From an uncultured Planctomycetia bacterium (GTDB lineage Bacteria > Omnitrophota > Gorgyraeia > Pluralincolimonadales > Pluralincolimonadaceae): a stretch of DNA of 64,000 nucleotides. This document shows positions 1 through 8,130 of the stretch, one piece after another. Made by a program: the position numbers and the translations under genes. The stretch is from assembly GCA_964650515.1 (NCBI GenBank), contig CAZYUB010000003.1:68096-132095 (forward strand). Reading direction: 5' to 3'. The notes below the pieces were generated by a model that was not told the DNA's origin, did no database searches, and worked only from the letters and a program-made list of their open reading frames with translations. Position 1 is the stretch's first letter. Every line of letters begins with the position of its first letter.

Positions 1-1
1 G

Positions 2-184
2 CTCTCGGCCGAACAGTTAGACGAGGCGCTCAACATACACTGGAGGCGCGGCGTAGCGTTCGGAGAGATATGCAAGGAACTGGGATTCATAAAGGAAGAG
101 GACCTGCATTCGGCGCTGCGCGAACAGAACGCGCCTGACGCGAAGCATAGCGCAAAAATAATACCCTTGACAAAAAGCCAATAG
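2..184 (+). CDS. 3' end of a gene truncated by the window edge; C-terminal 60 aa (LSAEQLDEALNIHWRRGVAFGEICKELGFIKEEDLHSALREQ...) resemble a GspE-N / MshEN (type II secretion E N-terminal-like) domain
   Basis: Open frame from the window edge to TAG at 182-184. The Leu/Glu-rich 'L..EQL.EAL......G..LGEIL.ELGLI.EE.L..AL.EQ' pattern is recalled from T2SSE_N/MshEN domains. No search done. Confidence 0.35.
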   Translation, partial: LSAEQLDEALNIHWRRGVAFGEICKELGFIKEEDLHSALREQNAPDAKHSAKIIPLTKSQ

Positions 185-194
185 ATGATACAAT
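167..194 (+). promoter_or_regulatory. sigma70-like promoter for the metY operon: TTGACA (167-172), 16-nt spacer, TACAAT (189-194)
   Basis: Hexamers read directly in sequence. It overlaps the stop of the upstream partial gene and sits ~135 nt upstream of the metY ATG. Confidence 0.4.
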
Positions 195-329
195 GTAAAA
201 AAGTGAAAAGCGGCGATTTGAAGCGTATTGCTCCGCTTAATAAATGTGCTAAAAAGCGAAACAGTGTCTTGTGAGGCCCGTGCTTTTTAGCCCGGGTTTT
301 TTGTTTTTCCGGGCCTTAAAAGGAGAGAG
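195..329 (+). promoter_or_regulatory. structured 5' leader of metY, a candidate riboswitch/attenuator. It contains nested and mutually exclusive hairpins, U-runs, and the RBS AAAAGGAGAG immediately 3' of one pairing partner
   Basis: Seen in sequence: stem AAGCGG...CCGCTT; 9-bp stem CTAAAAAGC...GCTTTTTAG; CCCGG-(13 nt U-rich)-CCGGG; and alternative AGGCCCG...CGGGCCT pairing whose 3' arm abuts the SD. metY/metX leaders are frequently SAM-riboswitch controlled (established knowledge). It does not match the SAM-I consensus. Confidence 0.3.
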
Positions 330-1628
330 ATGGGAAAGATTGACGCAAAATTAAAGGCGGAGACGTTGGCGCTTCACGGGGGACAGGCGCCCGATCCCGT
401 GACAGGTTCAAGGGCGGTGCCGATATACCAGACGACATCCTACCAGTTCAGGGATTCGGAACATGCCGCTAACCTGTTTGCGCTGAAGGAGAGCGGAAAC
501 ATATACACGCGCCTGATGAACCCTACAACCGACGTGTTGGAGAAGAGGATAGCCCTGCTCGACGGCGGCATCGGCGCGCTTGCGGTATCAAGCGGCCAGG
601 CGGCAATAACGATAGCGCTGCTTAATATCGCGCAGGCAGGCGACCATATAGTGTCAGCCGATAACCTTTACGGCGGCACGTATAACCTGCTGCACTATAC
701 GTTTGCGCGTTTCGGCATTAAGGTGAAGTTCGTGAAGTCGAACGACCTCAAGGCGTTCGACAGGGCGGTGACGCCGAAGACGAAAGCGATATACGCGGAA
801 TCGGTCGGCAACCCGAAACTTGACGTCGCGGACCTCGAAGGGCTGGCGAAGATAGCGCATAAGCACGGTATTCCGCTTGTGCTGGATAATACGTCCGTCC
901 CGTACCTGTTGAAGCCGGTGGATTTCGGCGTCGATATCGTCGTTTATTCCGCGACGAAATTCATCGGAGGGCACGGGACCTCGCTCGGAGGCATCATAGT
1001 GGATTCGGGAAAGTTCGACTGGGCCAACGGGAAATTCCCGCTCATTTCCGGGCCTGACGCGAGCTATCACGGGCTTGATTTCGTGAAGGCGTTGAAGCCG
1101 GCCGGAAATATCGCGTATATCACGAAGGCGAGGGTATCGCTGTTGAGGGACCTCGGCCCGGCCATATCGCCGTTTAATTCATTCCTGCTCCTGCAGGGCC
1201 TTGAGACCATCCACCTCAGGATGCCGAAGCATTGCGAGAACGCGCTTGCCGTGGCGAAACACCTGAAGAAGCATCCGGGGGTATCGTGGGTGAATTATCC
1301 GGGCCTTCCGACGAGCCCTGATCACGAAAAGGCGAGGAAGTACCTTAAGAAGGGCGCGGGCGCCATAATAGGGTTCGGGATCAAAGGCGGCCTGAAGTCC
1401 GGGAGGAAATTCGTCGAGTCGCTCGGACTGATATCGCATCTCGCTAATATCGGCGACGCGAAAAGTTTAGCTATACACCCGGCTACGACGACCCACCAGC
1501 AGTTGAGCGAAAAAGAGCGGCTGGCGACCGGAGTCACGCCGGATTTCGTACGCCTCTCGATTGGGCTCGAGCATATAGACGATATAATCGCGGATATAGA
1601 CCAGGCGCTTAAAAAAGCGTCCCGCTAA
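330..1628 (+). CDS. metY: O-acetylhomoserine sulfhydrylase / aminocarboxypropyltransferase (PLP-dependent Cys/Met metabolism family)
   Basis: 432 aa. N-terminal 'ALHGGQ...[10 protein letters not shown]' and the PLP-lysine region '[10 protein letters not shown]' are typical of MetY/OAH sulfhydrylase. It lies directly upstream of metX-metW. Confidence 0.88.
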   Translation: MGKIDAKLKAETLALHGGQAPDPVTGSRAVPIYQTTSYQFRDSEHAANLFALKESGNIYTRLMNPTTDVLEKRIALLDGGIGALAVSSGQAAITIALLNIAQAGDHIVSADNLYGGTYNLLHYTFARFGIKVKFVKSNDLKAFDRAVTPKTKAIYAESVGNPKLDVADLEGLAKIAHKHGIPLVLDNTSVPYLLKPVDFGVDIVVYSATKFIGGHGTSLGGIIVDSGKFDWANGKFPLISGPDASYHGLDFVKALKPAGNIAYITKARVSLLRDLGPAISPFNSFLLLQGLETIHLRMPKHCENALAVAKHLKKHPGVSWVNYPGLPTSPDHEKARKYLKKGAGAIIGFGIKGGLKSGRKFVESLGLISHLANIGDAKSLAIHPATTTHQQLSEKERLATGVTPDFVRLSIGLEHIDDIIADIDQALKKASR

Positions 1629-1634
1629 GGAGAA

Positions 1635-2768
1635 TTGATGACGACCCAGGGAAGTGTCGGCAAAGTAAAGACGGAGTATTTTACGTTCGCGGAGCCCCCG
1701 AAGGAGCTCAAGCTGGAGTCCGGGCAGTCGCTCGGGCCGATAACGCTGGCTTACGAGACCTACGGAACGCTCAATAAAGAGAAGAACAACGCGATACTGG
1801 TGGAGCACGCCCTCTCGGGAGACGCGCATGCGGCCGGATTCCATGACGGCGAGGAAGACCCCGGCTGGTGGGACTCGATGATAGGCCCGGGCAGGGCGTT
1901 CGACACGGATAAGTATTTTGTCATCTGCTCGAACGCCATAGGCGGATGCAAAGGAAGCACCGGCCCGTCCTCGGTAAACCCGAAGACGGGGCGCCAGTAT
2001 GCGCTGGATTTCCCGCTGATAACGATATCCGACATGGTCAACGCGCAGAAGCACCTCGTGGACCATTTCGGCATAGACAAACTCCTCTGCGTTGTGGGCG
2101 GCTCGATGGGCGGGATGCAGACGCTGCAGTGGGTCGCGTCTTACCCGGAGAGAGTGCGTTCCGCGATACCGATAGCCACGGCGCTCAAGCATTCACCGCA
2201 GCAGATCGCGTTCGACGAGGTCGGCAGGCAGGCGGTGATGGCCGATCCCGAATGGCGCGGAGGCGATTATTACGGGAAAGGCCAGCCCGAAAAAGGCCTG
2301 GCTGTTGCGAGGATGATCGGCCATATAACTTATATGAGCGACCAGTCGATGGAAGAGAAGTTCTCGAGGAGATTGAAGGAGAAGAACTACAGTTTCCGTT
2401 TCAAGACTGACTTCGAGGTCGAGGGCTACTTGAGGTACAGGGGGGACAGTTTCGTGAAGCGTTTCGACGCGAACTCTTACCTGTATATTACGAAGGCCCT
2501 CGACTATTTCGACCTCTCGGGGGAGAAGAACAGACACCCCGAGCGCCATATAGAGACGAAGTTCCTCGTGATAGCGTTCAAATCGGACTGGCTATATCCG
2601 TCTTACCAGGCGCAGGAAATAGTCAAGCAGCTGAAGATAAGGCATGCCGACGCGTCTTATTGCGAGATAAAGTCGACATACGGACATGACGCGTTCCTGC
2701 TTGAGACGGAGGAGCAGACGCGCCTGATAAGCCATTTCCTTAAGAAGGCACATAAGGAAGGACGTTGA
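1635..2768 (+). CDS. metX: homoserine O-acetyltransferase
   Basis: 377 aa alpha/beta hydrolase with nucleophile elbow 'GGSMGGMQ' and N-terminal 'LESGQ...[12 protein letters not shown]' typical of MetX. Followed by metW. Confidence 0.88.
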   Translation: MMTTQGSVGKVKTEYFTFAEPPKELKLESGQSLGPITLAYETYGTLNKEKNNAILVEHALSGDAHAAGFHDGEEDPGWWDSMIGPGRAFDTDKYFVICSNAIGGCKGSTGPSSVNPKTGRQYALDFPLITISDMVNAQKHLVDHFGIDKLLCVVGGSMGGMQTLQWVASYPERVRSAIPIATALKHSPQQIAFDEVGRQAVMADPEWRGGDYYGKGQPEKGLAVARMIGHITYMSDQSMEEKFSRRLKEKNYSFRFKTDFEVEGYLRYRGDSFVKRFDANSYLYITKALDYFDLSGEKNRHPERHIETKFLVIAFKSDWLYPSYQAQEIVKQLKIRHADASYCEIKSTYGHDAFLLETEEQTRLISHFLKKAHKEGR

Positions 2769-3385
2769 TGATGACGACAGCGGTAAAGAGGAAGGATCAC
2801 GAGATCATATACGCGATCGTCGAACCGGGGTCAAGGGTGCTTGACCTCGGCTGCGGCGAAGGCGACCTGTTGCACCTTCTCACGAACGGCAAGGGAGTCA
2901 AGGCGCAGGGAGTCGAGCTCAGCGAAGACGCGATATATAAATGCGTCGAGAAGGGCTTGAGCGTATTCCACGGCGACATAGACAGCGGCCTGAAGGATTA
3001 TCCGGACGGGTCGTTCGATTATGTCATACTGAACCAGAGCATGCAGGAGGTCAAGAAGGTCGATTTCGTGATAGACGAGGCACTGCGCGTAGGCGGCCGC
3101 GTAATCGTCGGCTTCCCGAATTTCGCCTATTGGCGCGCGCGGATCCGCCTGTTCTTCAAGGGCAAGACGCCGGTCACGTATTCATTGCCTTACAGGTGGT
3201 ATAATACACCTAACCTGCACTTTCTCAGTATCAGCGATTTCAAGGAGTTCTGCGCTGATAAGGGAATAACGATAGAGTCGGAGCATTTTCTTGGTAGAAA
3301 CGGGAAATCATGGTTCCTGCCTAACCTCTTTGCGCTGAACGCGGTATTTGTGATAAAGGCGGGCAATAAGGGAAAAGGAGGGTAA
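2765..3385 (+). CDS. metW: methionine biosynthesis protein MetW (methyltransferase-like)
   Basis: 206 aa. '[14 protein letters not shown]', '[10 protein letters not shown]', '[12 protein letters not shown]' closely match my memory of Pseudomonas MetW. Start overlaps the metX stop. Confidence 0.8.
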   Translation: MMMTTAVKRKDHEIIYAIVEPGSRVLDLGCGEGDLLHLLTNGKGVKAQGVELSEDAIYKCVEKGLSVFHGDIDSGLKDYPDGSFDYVILNQSMQEVKKVDFVIDEALRVGGRVIVGFPNFAYWRARIRLFFKGKTPVTYSLPYRWYNTPNLHFLSISDFKEFCADKGITIESEHFLGRNGKSWFLPNLFALNAVFVIKAGNKGKGG

Positions 3386-3389
3386 AGGA

Positions 3390-4163
3390 ATGAAGAAGGT
3401 ACTGATAATCGTCGTTGCCGTACTCATCGTATTATTCCTCGCGAAAGATTTTATCGCGAGCACGGTGTTTACGTCGGGCATCAGGGCGTTCACCGACCTG
3501 CCTGCTAGCGTGAAGAGCATGAAAGTAGGGGTATTTAAGAGTGCAGTCGATATTAGCGGGTTCAAGGTCTATAACCCGAAGAACGCGTTCAAGGACAGGG
3601 TCATGCTGGACATGCCGGTGCTTTATGTGGACTATGACCTCGGGTCGTTCCTTACCGGCGCTAACCACCTTGAGAAGATGAAGCTCGAATTGAAGGAGCT
3701 TTATGTAATAAGGAACGAAGGAGGGGAGCTGAACCTTGATTCACTTAAGGCGATCCAGGCGAAAGGCGCAGGCGCTAAGGGCACAAAGAAAGACATGAAA
3801 TTCAAGATAGACGTGCTCGAGCTTAAGATAGGGAAAGTCATCTATATGGATTACACGAAAGGCGCAACACCATTCGTCAAGGAGTTCAACATCGCCCTGA
3901 ATGAGCGCTATGAGAACATAGATAACCCGTATACTTTCGCGTCTCTGGTCATGTTCAAGGCGCTGGCGAATACCAGCATAGCGTCCCTGACGAATTTCGA
4001 TGTCGGATCCCTGAAGGATACCGCCGCCGGCGCGCTGTCGACCGCGACAAAAGCGGCCACGGATGCGGCCGCCACGGCTGTCGAATCGGGAAAAGCAGCC
4101 GCTGCTGACGCTATGAAAAAGGCGACGGAAGGGCTGAAGGGAATTATGCCGGGCAGTAAATAA
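3390..4163 (+). CDS. hypothetical membrane-anchored protein (N-terminal TM/signal anchor, Ala/Lys-rich low-complexity C-terminal tail)
   Basis: 257-aa ORF. Hydrophobic N-terminus 'VLIIVVAVLIVLFL'; C-terminal 'AAGALSTATKAATDAAATAVESGKAAAADA'. No family recognised. Confidence 0.45.
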   Translation: MKKVLIIVVAVLIVLFLAKDFIASTVFTSGIRAFTDLPASVKSMKVGVFKSAVDISGFKVYNPKNAFKDRVMLDMPVLYVDYDLGSFLTGANHLEKMKLELKELYVIRNEGGELNLDSLKAIQAKGAGAKGTKKDMKFKIDVLELKIGKVIYMDYTKGATPFVKEFNIALNERYENIDNPYTFASLVMFKALANTSIASLTNFDVGSLKDTAAGALSTATKAATDAAATAVESGKAAAADAMKKATEGLKGIMPGSK

Positions 4164-4181
4164 AAAACCCGAAAATAATCT

Positions 4182-4210
4182 TTGACCATAAGTTAATAAA
4201 GGATTATAAT
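4182..4210 (+). promoter_or_regulatory. sigma70-like promoter: TTGACC (4182-4187), 17-nt spacer, TATAAT (4205-4210)
   Basis: Near-consensus hexamers with ideal spacing, immediately upstream of the 4217 ORF. Confidence 0.5.
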
Positions 4211-4216
4211 ATCAAG

Positions 4217-4690
4217 GTGAAGTTTAAGAGATCCCAGGTGATCATGTTCTGGTTTTTGCCTTTGATCCTGATCGGCGGAATGTTTTATCCGCTGCTTGGT
4301 TACCTGGTGGTGGGAATGATGGTGTTTTTCATCGTTCTTTCGTTTTTCAGGGGCAGATATTGGTGCTGGAACTTGTGCCCGAGAGGGTCGTTCCTCGACA
4401 TTTTTCTTTCCAATATCAGCCTGGACAGGCAGAACCCGAAGATATTCGGGAACCAGCTTTTCAGATGGCTGGTTTTCTTCGCGTTCATGGGTTTTTTAGT
4501 GTATAGGATCCTGAGCTCAGGGGGGAGCTTGGCAGGTATAGGGGTCGTGTTTGTTTCCATGTGCCTGATAACTACGGCGATCTCTATAATCATTGGTATC
4601 ATCGTGAAACACAGAGGCTGGTGCGCTATATGCCCAATGGGTACCCTCCAAGAGAAGATAGGAAAACTCAGGAAGAACAGAAAGGAATAG
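4217..4690 (+). CDS. small polytopic membrane protein with two Cys-x2/3-Cys-Pro motifs (polyferredoxin/NapH-like 4Fe-4S-binding membrane protein fragment?)
   Basis: 157 aa, 4 predicted TM segments. Motifs 'YWCWNLCPRGSF' and 'GWCAICPMGT' resemble the CxxCxxxCP motifs of NapH/MauN-type membrane ferredoxins. The true start may be ATG at ~4244. Confidence 0.45.
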   Translation: MKFKRSQVIMFWFLPLILIGGMFYPLLGYLVVGMMVFFIVLSFFRGRYWCWNLCPRGSFLDIFLSNISLDRQNPKIFGNQLFRWLVFFAFMGFLVYRILSSGGSLAGIGVVFVSMCLITTAISIIIGIIVKHRGWCAICPMGTLQEKIGKLRKNRKE

Positions 4691-5442
4691 GTTTAGCGGT
4701 TTGCCTGCTCCTGCTGGTGGTCTCAGGCCGGCCTGTTTTTGCCCAGGACTCGTATGACAGCAACGACACGTTATTATGGGACGGCCTTGAGTCAAGGCAG
4801 CACTGGAGCATCAATACCTCGGGCGAAGTAGGGATAAGCTCGGAATTCAAGACGCAGGGCCAGGGTTGCCTTGCGATCAATACTTCAAGCAGCATCCCGT
4901 CCGCAAAAGGCCTCACGATAAGGAAGTCCAACACCGACCTCGATGTCACATTCGCGAAGAAAGTAATCCTCGATATATATAACAGCGGCCCGCCGTGCGA
5001 TATTGCCTTGGCTTTCAACACCGACGGGATCCGCGAGAGCATACCGAAACGGCTCGAGACCGGGCTTAACACGAACGTGACATTCGACATAACAACAAAA
5101 GATTTCAAAGTGCCGTTCGGCAACGCGAATATCGCCACGGACGTCATGTTCATAATCTACCCGAGGGACAGCAGGGTCGGGCAGATATTCATGGATAATA
5201 TAAGGATAAAGAAATACGGCGGGCTGCAGTCCGAGCCGCCGAGCATATCACCGGGTTTCTTTGCCGAACCCGAGGTCGAACCGTTCACTCCTGTCGAGAC
5301 GTCCGATACCCCGGGCGCCTACTCCATAGCAGGCGGGTCTTTTGGCGATAACAATACCGTCCCGGAACACAAGACCGCCGCGATATTCGGCGCGGGCCTT
5401 ATAGGCATTGCCGCTTTCCGCAGAAAACACTTTAAAAAATAA
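4630..5442 (+). CDS. secreted protein with a divergent PEP-CTERM-like C-terminal sorting signal
   Basis: Signal-peptide-like 'GLAVCLLLLVVSGRPVFAQD'. C-terminus 'VPEHKTAAIFGAGLIGIAAFRRKHFKK' is a PEP-like motif, then a hydrophobic helix, then a basic tail. The ORF track gives 4561; I place the start at the in-frame M at 4630, but it is uncertain. Confidence 0.45.
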   Translation: MPNGYPPREDRKTQEEQKGIGLAVCLLLLVVSGRPVFAQDSYDSNDTLLWDGLESRQHWSINTSGEVGISSEFKTQGQGCLAINTSSSIPSAKGLTIRKSNTDLDVTFAKKVILDIYNSGPPCDIALAFNTDGIRESIPKRLETGLNTNVTFDITTKDFKVPFGNANIATDVMFIIYPRDSRVGQIFMDNIRIKKYGGLQSEPPSISPGFFAEPEVEPFTPVETSDTPGAYSIAGGSFGDNNTVPEHKTAAIFGAGLIGIAAFRRKHFKK

Positions 5443-5459
5443 GCGTAATACAATAGAAT

Positions 5460-6149
5460 ATGGCTATGCGTAATAGCGTTATATTACTCATAGCCGTTCT
5501 CAGTTTTCCTGCGAGCGCCGATGCCGCTCCCGCCTACGGCACGGATATGCCCGCGAAGGGGAAGATACGCGCGGGATACCAGGCAAATATCGTGCTTAAG
5601 CACGAGCTGAAGGAGGGTTACGGGAAGATAAGCTCCGGCCAGCACTATCTTGACGTGTCATACGGTGTCCTCGACTGGCTCACGCTCGACGGAAAAGCCG
5701 GCATAGGCGATACGGACAGGAAGGGCGGCAATGTCGCCGATGTCGATTACGGCTATTCGTTCGCGGGCGGGTACGGATTCAGGCTGCGCCTGTACGACAA
5801 TGAGGAGCACGGAGTCAGGATCGTCGGCGGTTTCCACCATATAAGCGTGCACCCGCGCGATACGGATATTGGAACGGACAGGTACGAGTCGTTCCTCGAC
5901 GACTGGCAGCTCGACCTGCTGTGCTCGAAGAGGTTCGGCAGGTTCACGCCATATGCGGGCGGAAAAGCGTCGGTCTTCGAGCACGTATACAGGGTAAATA
6001 AAGGCGACAGGAAGCGCGTCTCGCCGAAATATAACGGGGGTGTCATCGCGGGTTTTGACATGAAGGTAAAGGATAACGTAACGATAAACGTCGAAGGGCG
6101 CTTCATTGACGAGGATGCCGTGAGCGCGGGGATATACTATTCGTTCTGA
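5460..6149 (+). CDS. outer-membrane beta-barrel protein (OmpA/OmpW-like barrel)
   Basis: Signal peptide 'VILLIAVLSFPASADA', alternating hydrophobic pattern and C-terminal '...GIYYSF' ending in Phe, typical of OM beta-barrels. Confidence 0.5.
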   Translation: MAMRNSVILLIAVLSFPASADAAPAYGTDMPAKGKIRAGYQANIVLKHELKEGYGKISSGQHYLDVSYGVLDWLTLDGKAGIGDTDRKGGNVADVDYGYSFAGGYGFRLRLYDNEEHGVRIVGGFHHISVHPRDTDIGTDRYESFLDDWQLDLLCSKRFGRFTPYAGGKASVFEHVYRVNKGDRKRVSPKYNGGVIAGFDMKVKDNVTINVEGRFIDEDAVSAGIYYSF

Positions 6150-6157
6150 AAGGCATA

Positions 6158-6460
6158 ATGGAAGACAGGGACTACGTCGAATACCAGAAGCATAAGAATT
6201 CGGAATACGAATCGCTGTGCAGGCGTTGCGGCGCGTGCTGCGGCATAAAAGACGGCGACCCGTGCGAGGAGCTTGTTGCTGAGCCGGACGGCGTGCATTA
6301 CCGCTGCCGGGTCTACGAAACGCGCCTCGGGCCGAGGAAGACCGTAAGCGGGAAGGAATTCACCTGCGTAGAATTGCGGATCATATTGAATAAATCGTGG
6401 GCGGGGCACCCGGAATGCGCGTATGTGAAAGCGCTGAACGGGATGCTGTCAGGGGAATAA
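6158..6460 (+). CDS. YkgJ-family Cys-cluster protein (putative Zn/Fe-chelating CxxCxxCC domain)
   Basis: 100 aa with 'CRRCGACCG...DPC...YRCRVY' pattern characteristic of PF03692-like proteins. Confidence 0.55.
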   Translation: MEDRDYVEYQKHKNSEYESLCRRCGACCGIKDGDPCEELVAEPDGVHYRCRVYETRLGPRKTVSGKEFTCVELRIILNKSWAGHPECAYVKALNGMLSGE

Positions 6461-6461
6461 C

Positions 6462-6956
6462 ATGGACGCTTTAGAGAATTTCAGGAACCGGATAAGCGTA
6501 AGGGAGTACGCCGACAAGCCCGTAGAGAAAGAGAAACTCGGCAAGATAGCCGACGCGGGGCGTCTCGCGGCGACGGCGCGCAACGAACAGCCGTGGGAAT
6601 TCGTCATCGTCACGGACAAGCCGAAGATAAAAGAGCTCGCCGGGATAACCGACCACGGGAAGTTCATGGCGGAGGCCGCGGCGTCTATAGCCGTCTTCTG
6701 TAAGGACACGAAATATTACCTCGAGGACGGCAGCGCCGCGACCGAGAACATGCTGCTTGCGGCGGCGGCATTGGGGCTCGGGGCATGCTGGATCGCCGGG
6801 GACAAGAAGGAGTACGGGGCGAGGATAGCGGAAGTGTTGTCCGTACCCGCGGGGTATAAACTCGTAAGCATAATATCGCTGGGGTATCCGAAGTCGAAAC
6901 CGGAGCCGCACACGAAGAGGCCTCTGGAAGAGGTCATTCACTGGGGGAAATTCTGA
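6462..6956 (+). CDS. nitroreductase-family protein
   Basis: 164 aa. 'NEQPWEFVIVTD' and overall pattern of the NADH oxidase/nitroreductase fold. Confidence 0.75.
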   Translation: MDALENFRNRISVREYADKPVEKEKLGKIADAGRLAATARNEQPWEFVIVTDKPKIKELAGITDHGKFMAEAAASIAVFCKDTKYYLEDGSAATENMLLAAAALGLGACWIAGDKKEYGARIAEVLSVPAGYKLVSIISLGYPKSKPEPHTKRPLEEVIHWGKF

Positions 6957-7189
6957 TGAAGAACGTAAAAGTGTACAGCACGCCGACCTGCCCTTATTGC
7001 GTAAGGGCCAAGCAGTTCCTTAAGGAGAACAACGTCGCGTTTGAGGACATCAATGTCGCCGCAGACCCCGCGAAGGGAGAGGAGATGGTCAAGATATCGG
7101 GCCAGATGGGCGTGCCGGTCATCGATATCGAAGGCAAGATAATAGTCGGCTTCGACAGGGACGAAATCAAAAAAGAACTGGGTATATGA
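6956..7189 (+). CDS. glutaredoxin (NrdH/Grx-like, CPYC active site)
   Basis: 77 aa. 'YSTPTCPYCVRAKQFL' glutaredoxin active-site motif. Confidence 0.8.
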   Translation: MKNVKVYSTPTCPYCVRAKQFLKENNVAFEDINVAADPAKGEEMVKISGQMGVPVIDIEGKIIVGFDRDEIKKELGI

Positions 7190-8091
7190 CAGTTTACGAC
7201 CTCATCATAATAGGCGCGGGGCCTGCCGGGATAACCGCCGCGGTCTACGCGGCACGCAAGAAGATGAGTTTTCTTGTATTGAGCTGGGACATCGGGGGGC
7301 AGGCGGCCTGGAGCGGAGATGTCGAGAATTACACCGGATACCAGTTCATAACAGGGCCGGAGCTCGCGGCAAAGTTCGAAGAGCATATGCGCCAATACGG
7401 CATCGAGGTACGGGAAAGGGAGTCGGTCCTGGGTCTCAAAAAACAGGACGAAGGGATAACGGTAAGAACAGATAAAGCCGAATACACGGCAAAGACCGTC
7501 ATCGTGGCTTCCGGGAAGAGGTCCCGCGAGCTGGGGGTGCCGGGCGAAAAAGAATTCAAGAACAAGGGCCTCACTTATTGCGCGACATGTGACGGCCCTA
7601 TTTTTTCGGGCAAGGATGTTGCGGTAATCGGCGGCGGCAACTCCGCGCTCGACGCGGCGATGCAGATGATAAAGATCGCGAAGAAGGTATACGTCATAAA
7701 CAACACCCCGAAGCTCGGCGGCGAGGCCGTGGTGCGGGAGAAGATAGAGAGAAGTCCCGTTGCCACGGTATTGAACGAGAGCGTAGTGAAATCCGTCCTC
7801 GGAGACAAGATGGTCAACGCGATAAAGATAACGACAAAAGGCAGGGAACAGACGTTGGCCGTCCAGGGTGTATTCGTGGAGATAGGCCTCCTGCCGAATT
7901 CCGACTTCGCGGCGGAGCTTAATAAGAATGCGGCCGGCGAGATAATAGTTAATAGCCGCAACGAGACGAACATCCCGGGCATCTTTGCTGCCGGCGACGT
8001 CACCGACGTCCCGGAGAAACAGATAATCATCGCTGCCGGTGAGGGCTCGAAGGCCTGCTTAAGCGCATTCAGGTTCTTATCGTCGCATTAG
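7186..8091 (+). CDS. trxB: thioredoxin-disulfide reductase-like FAD/NAD(P) oxidoreductase
   Basis: 301 aa. FAD motif 'IIGAGPAG', redox-active 'CATCDG', NAD(P)H motif 'VIGGGNSALD'. Translationally coupled to the glutaredoxin gene. Confidence 0.75.
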   Translation: MTVYDLIIIGAGPAGITAAVYAARKKMSFLVLSWDIGGQAAWSGDVENYTGYQFITGPELAAKFEEHMRQYGIEVRERESVLGLKKQDEGITVRTDKAEYTAKTVIVASGKRSRELGVPGEKEFKNKGLTYCATCDGPIFSGKDVAVIGGGNSALDAAMQMIKIAKKVYVINNTPKLGGEAVVREKIERSPVATVLNESVVKSVLGDKMVNAIKITTKGREQTLAVQGVFVEIGLLPNSDFAAELNKNAAGEIIVNSRNETNIPGIFAAGDVTDVPEKQIIIAAGEGSKACLSAFRFLSSH

Positions 8092-8130
8092 GGGACGTGT
8101 CACTTAGGGACGTGTCAAAAGGGGACACTC
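8091..8130 (+). repeat. three tandem ~14-15-bp direct repeats with core GGGACGTGT(CA) (GGGGACGTGTCAC / GGGACGTGTCAA / GGGGACACTC)
   Basis: Seen directly. Starts at the trxB stop codon and precedes the probable ATG (8148) of the hydrolase gene. The same core recurs in inverse orientation inside glpK (9520-9565). Confidence 0.6.

Noticed and set aside
195-329. SAM-I (S-box) riboswitch upstream of metY
   Set aside because: The leader is only ~135 nt and lacks the conserved SAM-I blocks (for example the GGNGGGA kink-turn/P2 region). It is kept only as a generic structured leader or other-class riboswitch candidate.
4561-4629. ORF-track N-terminal extension of the PEP-like protein (MPDNYGDLYNHWYHRETQRLVRY...) overlapping the preceding membrane-protein gene by 130 nt
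   Set aside because: The extension is in the out-of-frame overlap with a better-supported gene and precedes the signal peptide. The internal ATG at 4630 (or a start just before the hydrophobic core) is more plausible.
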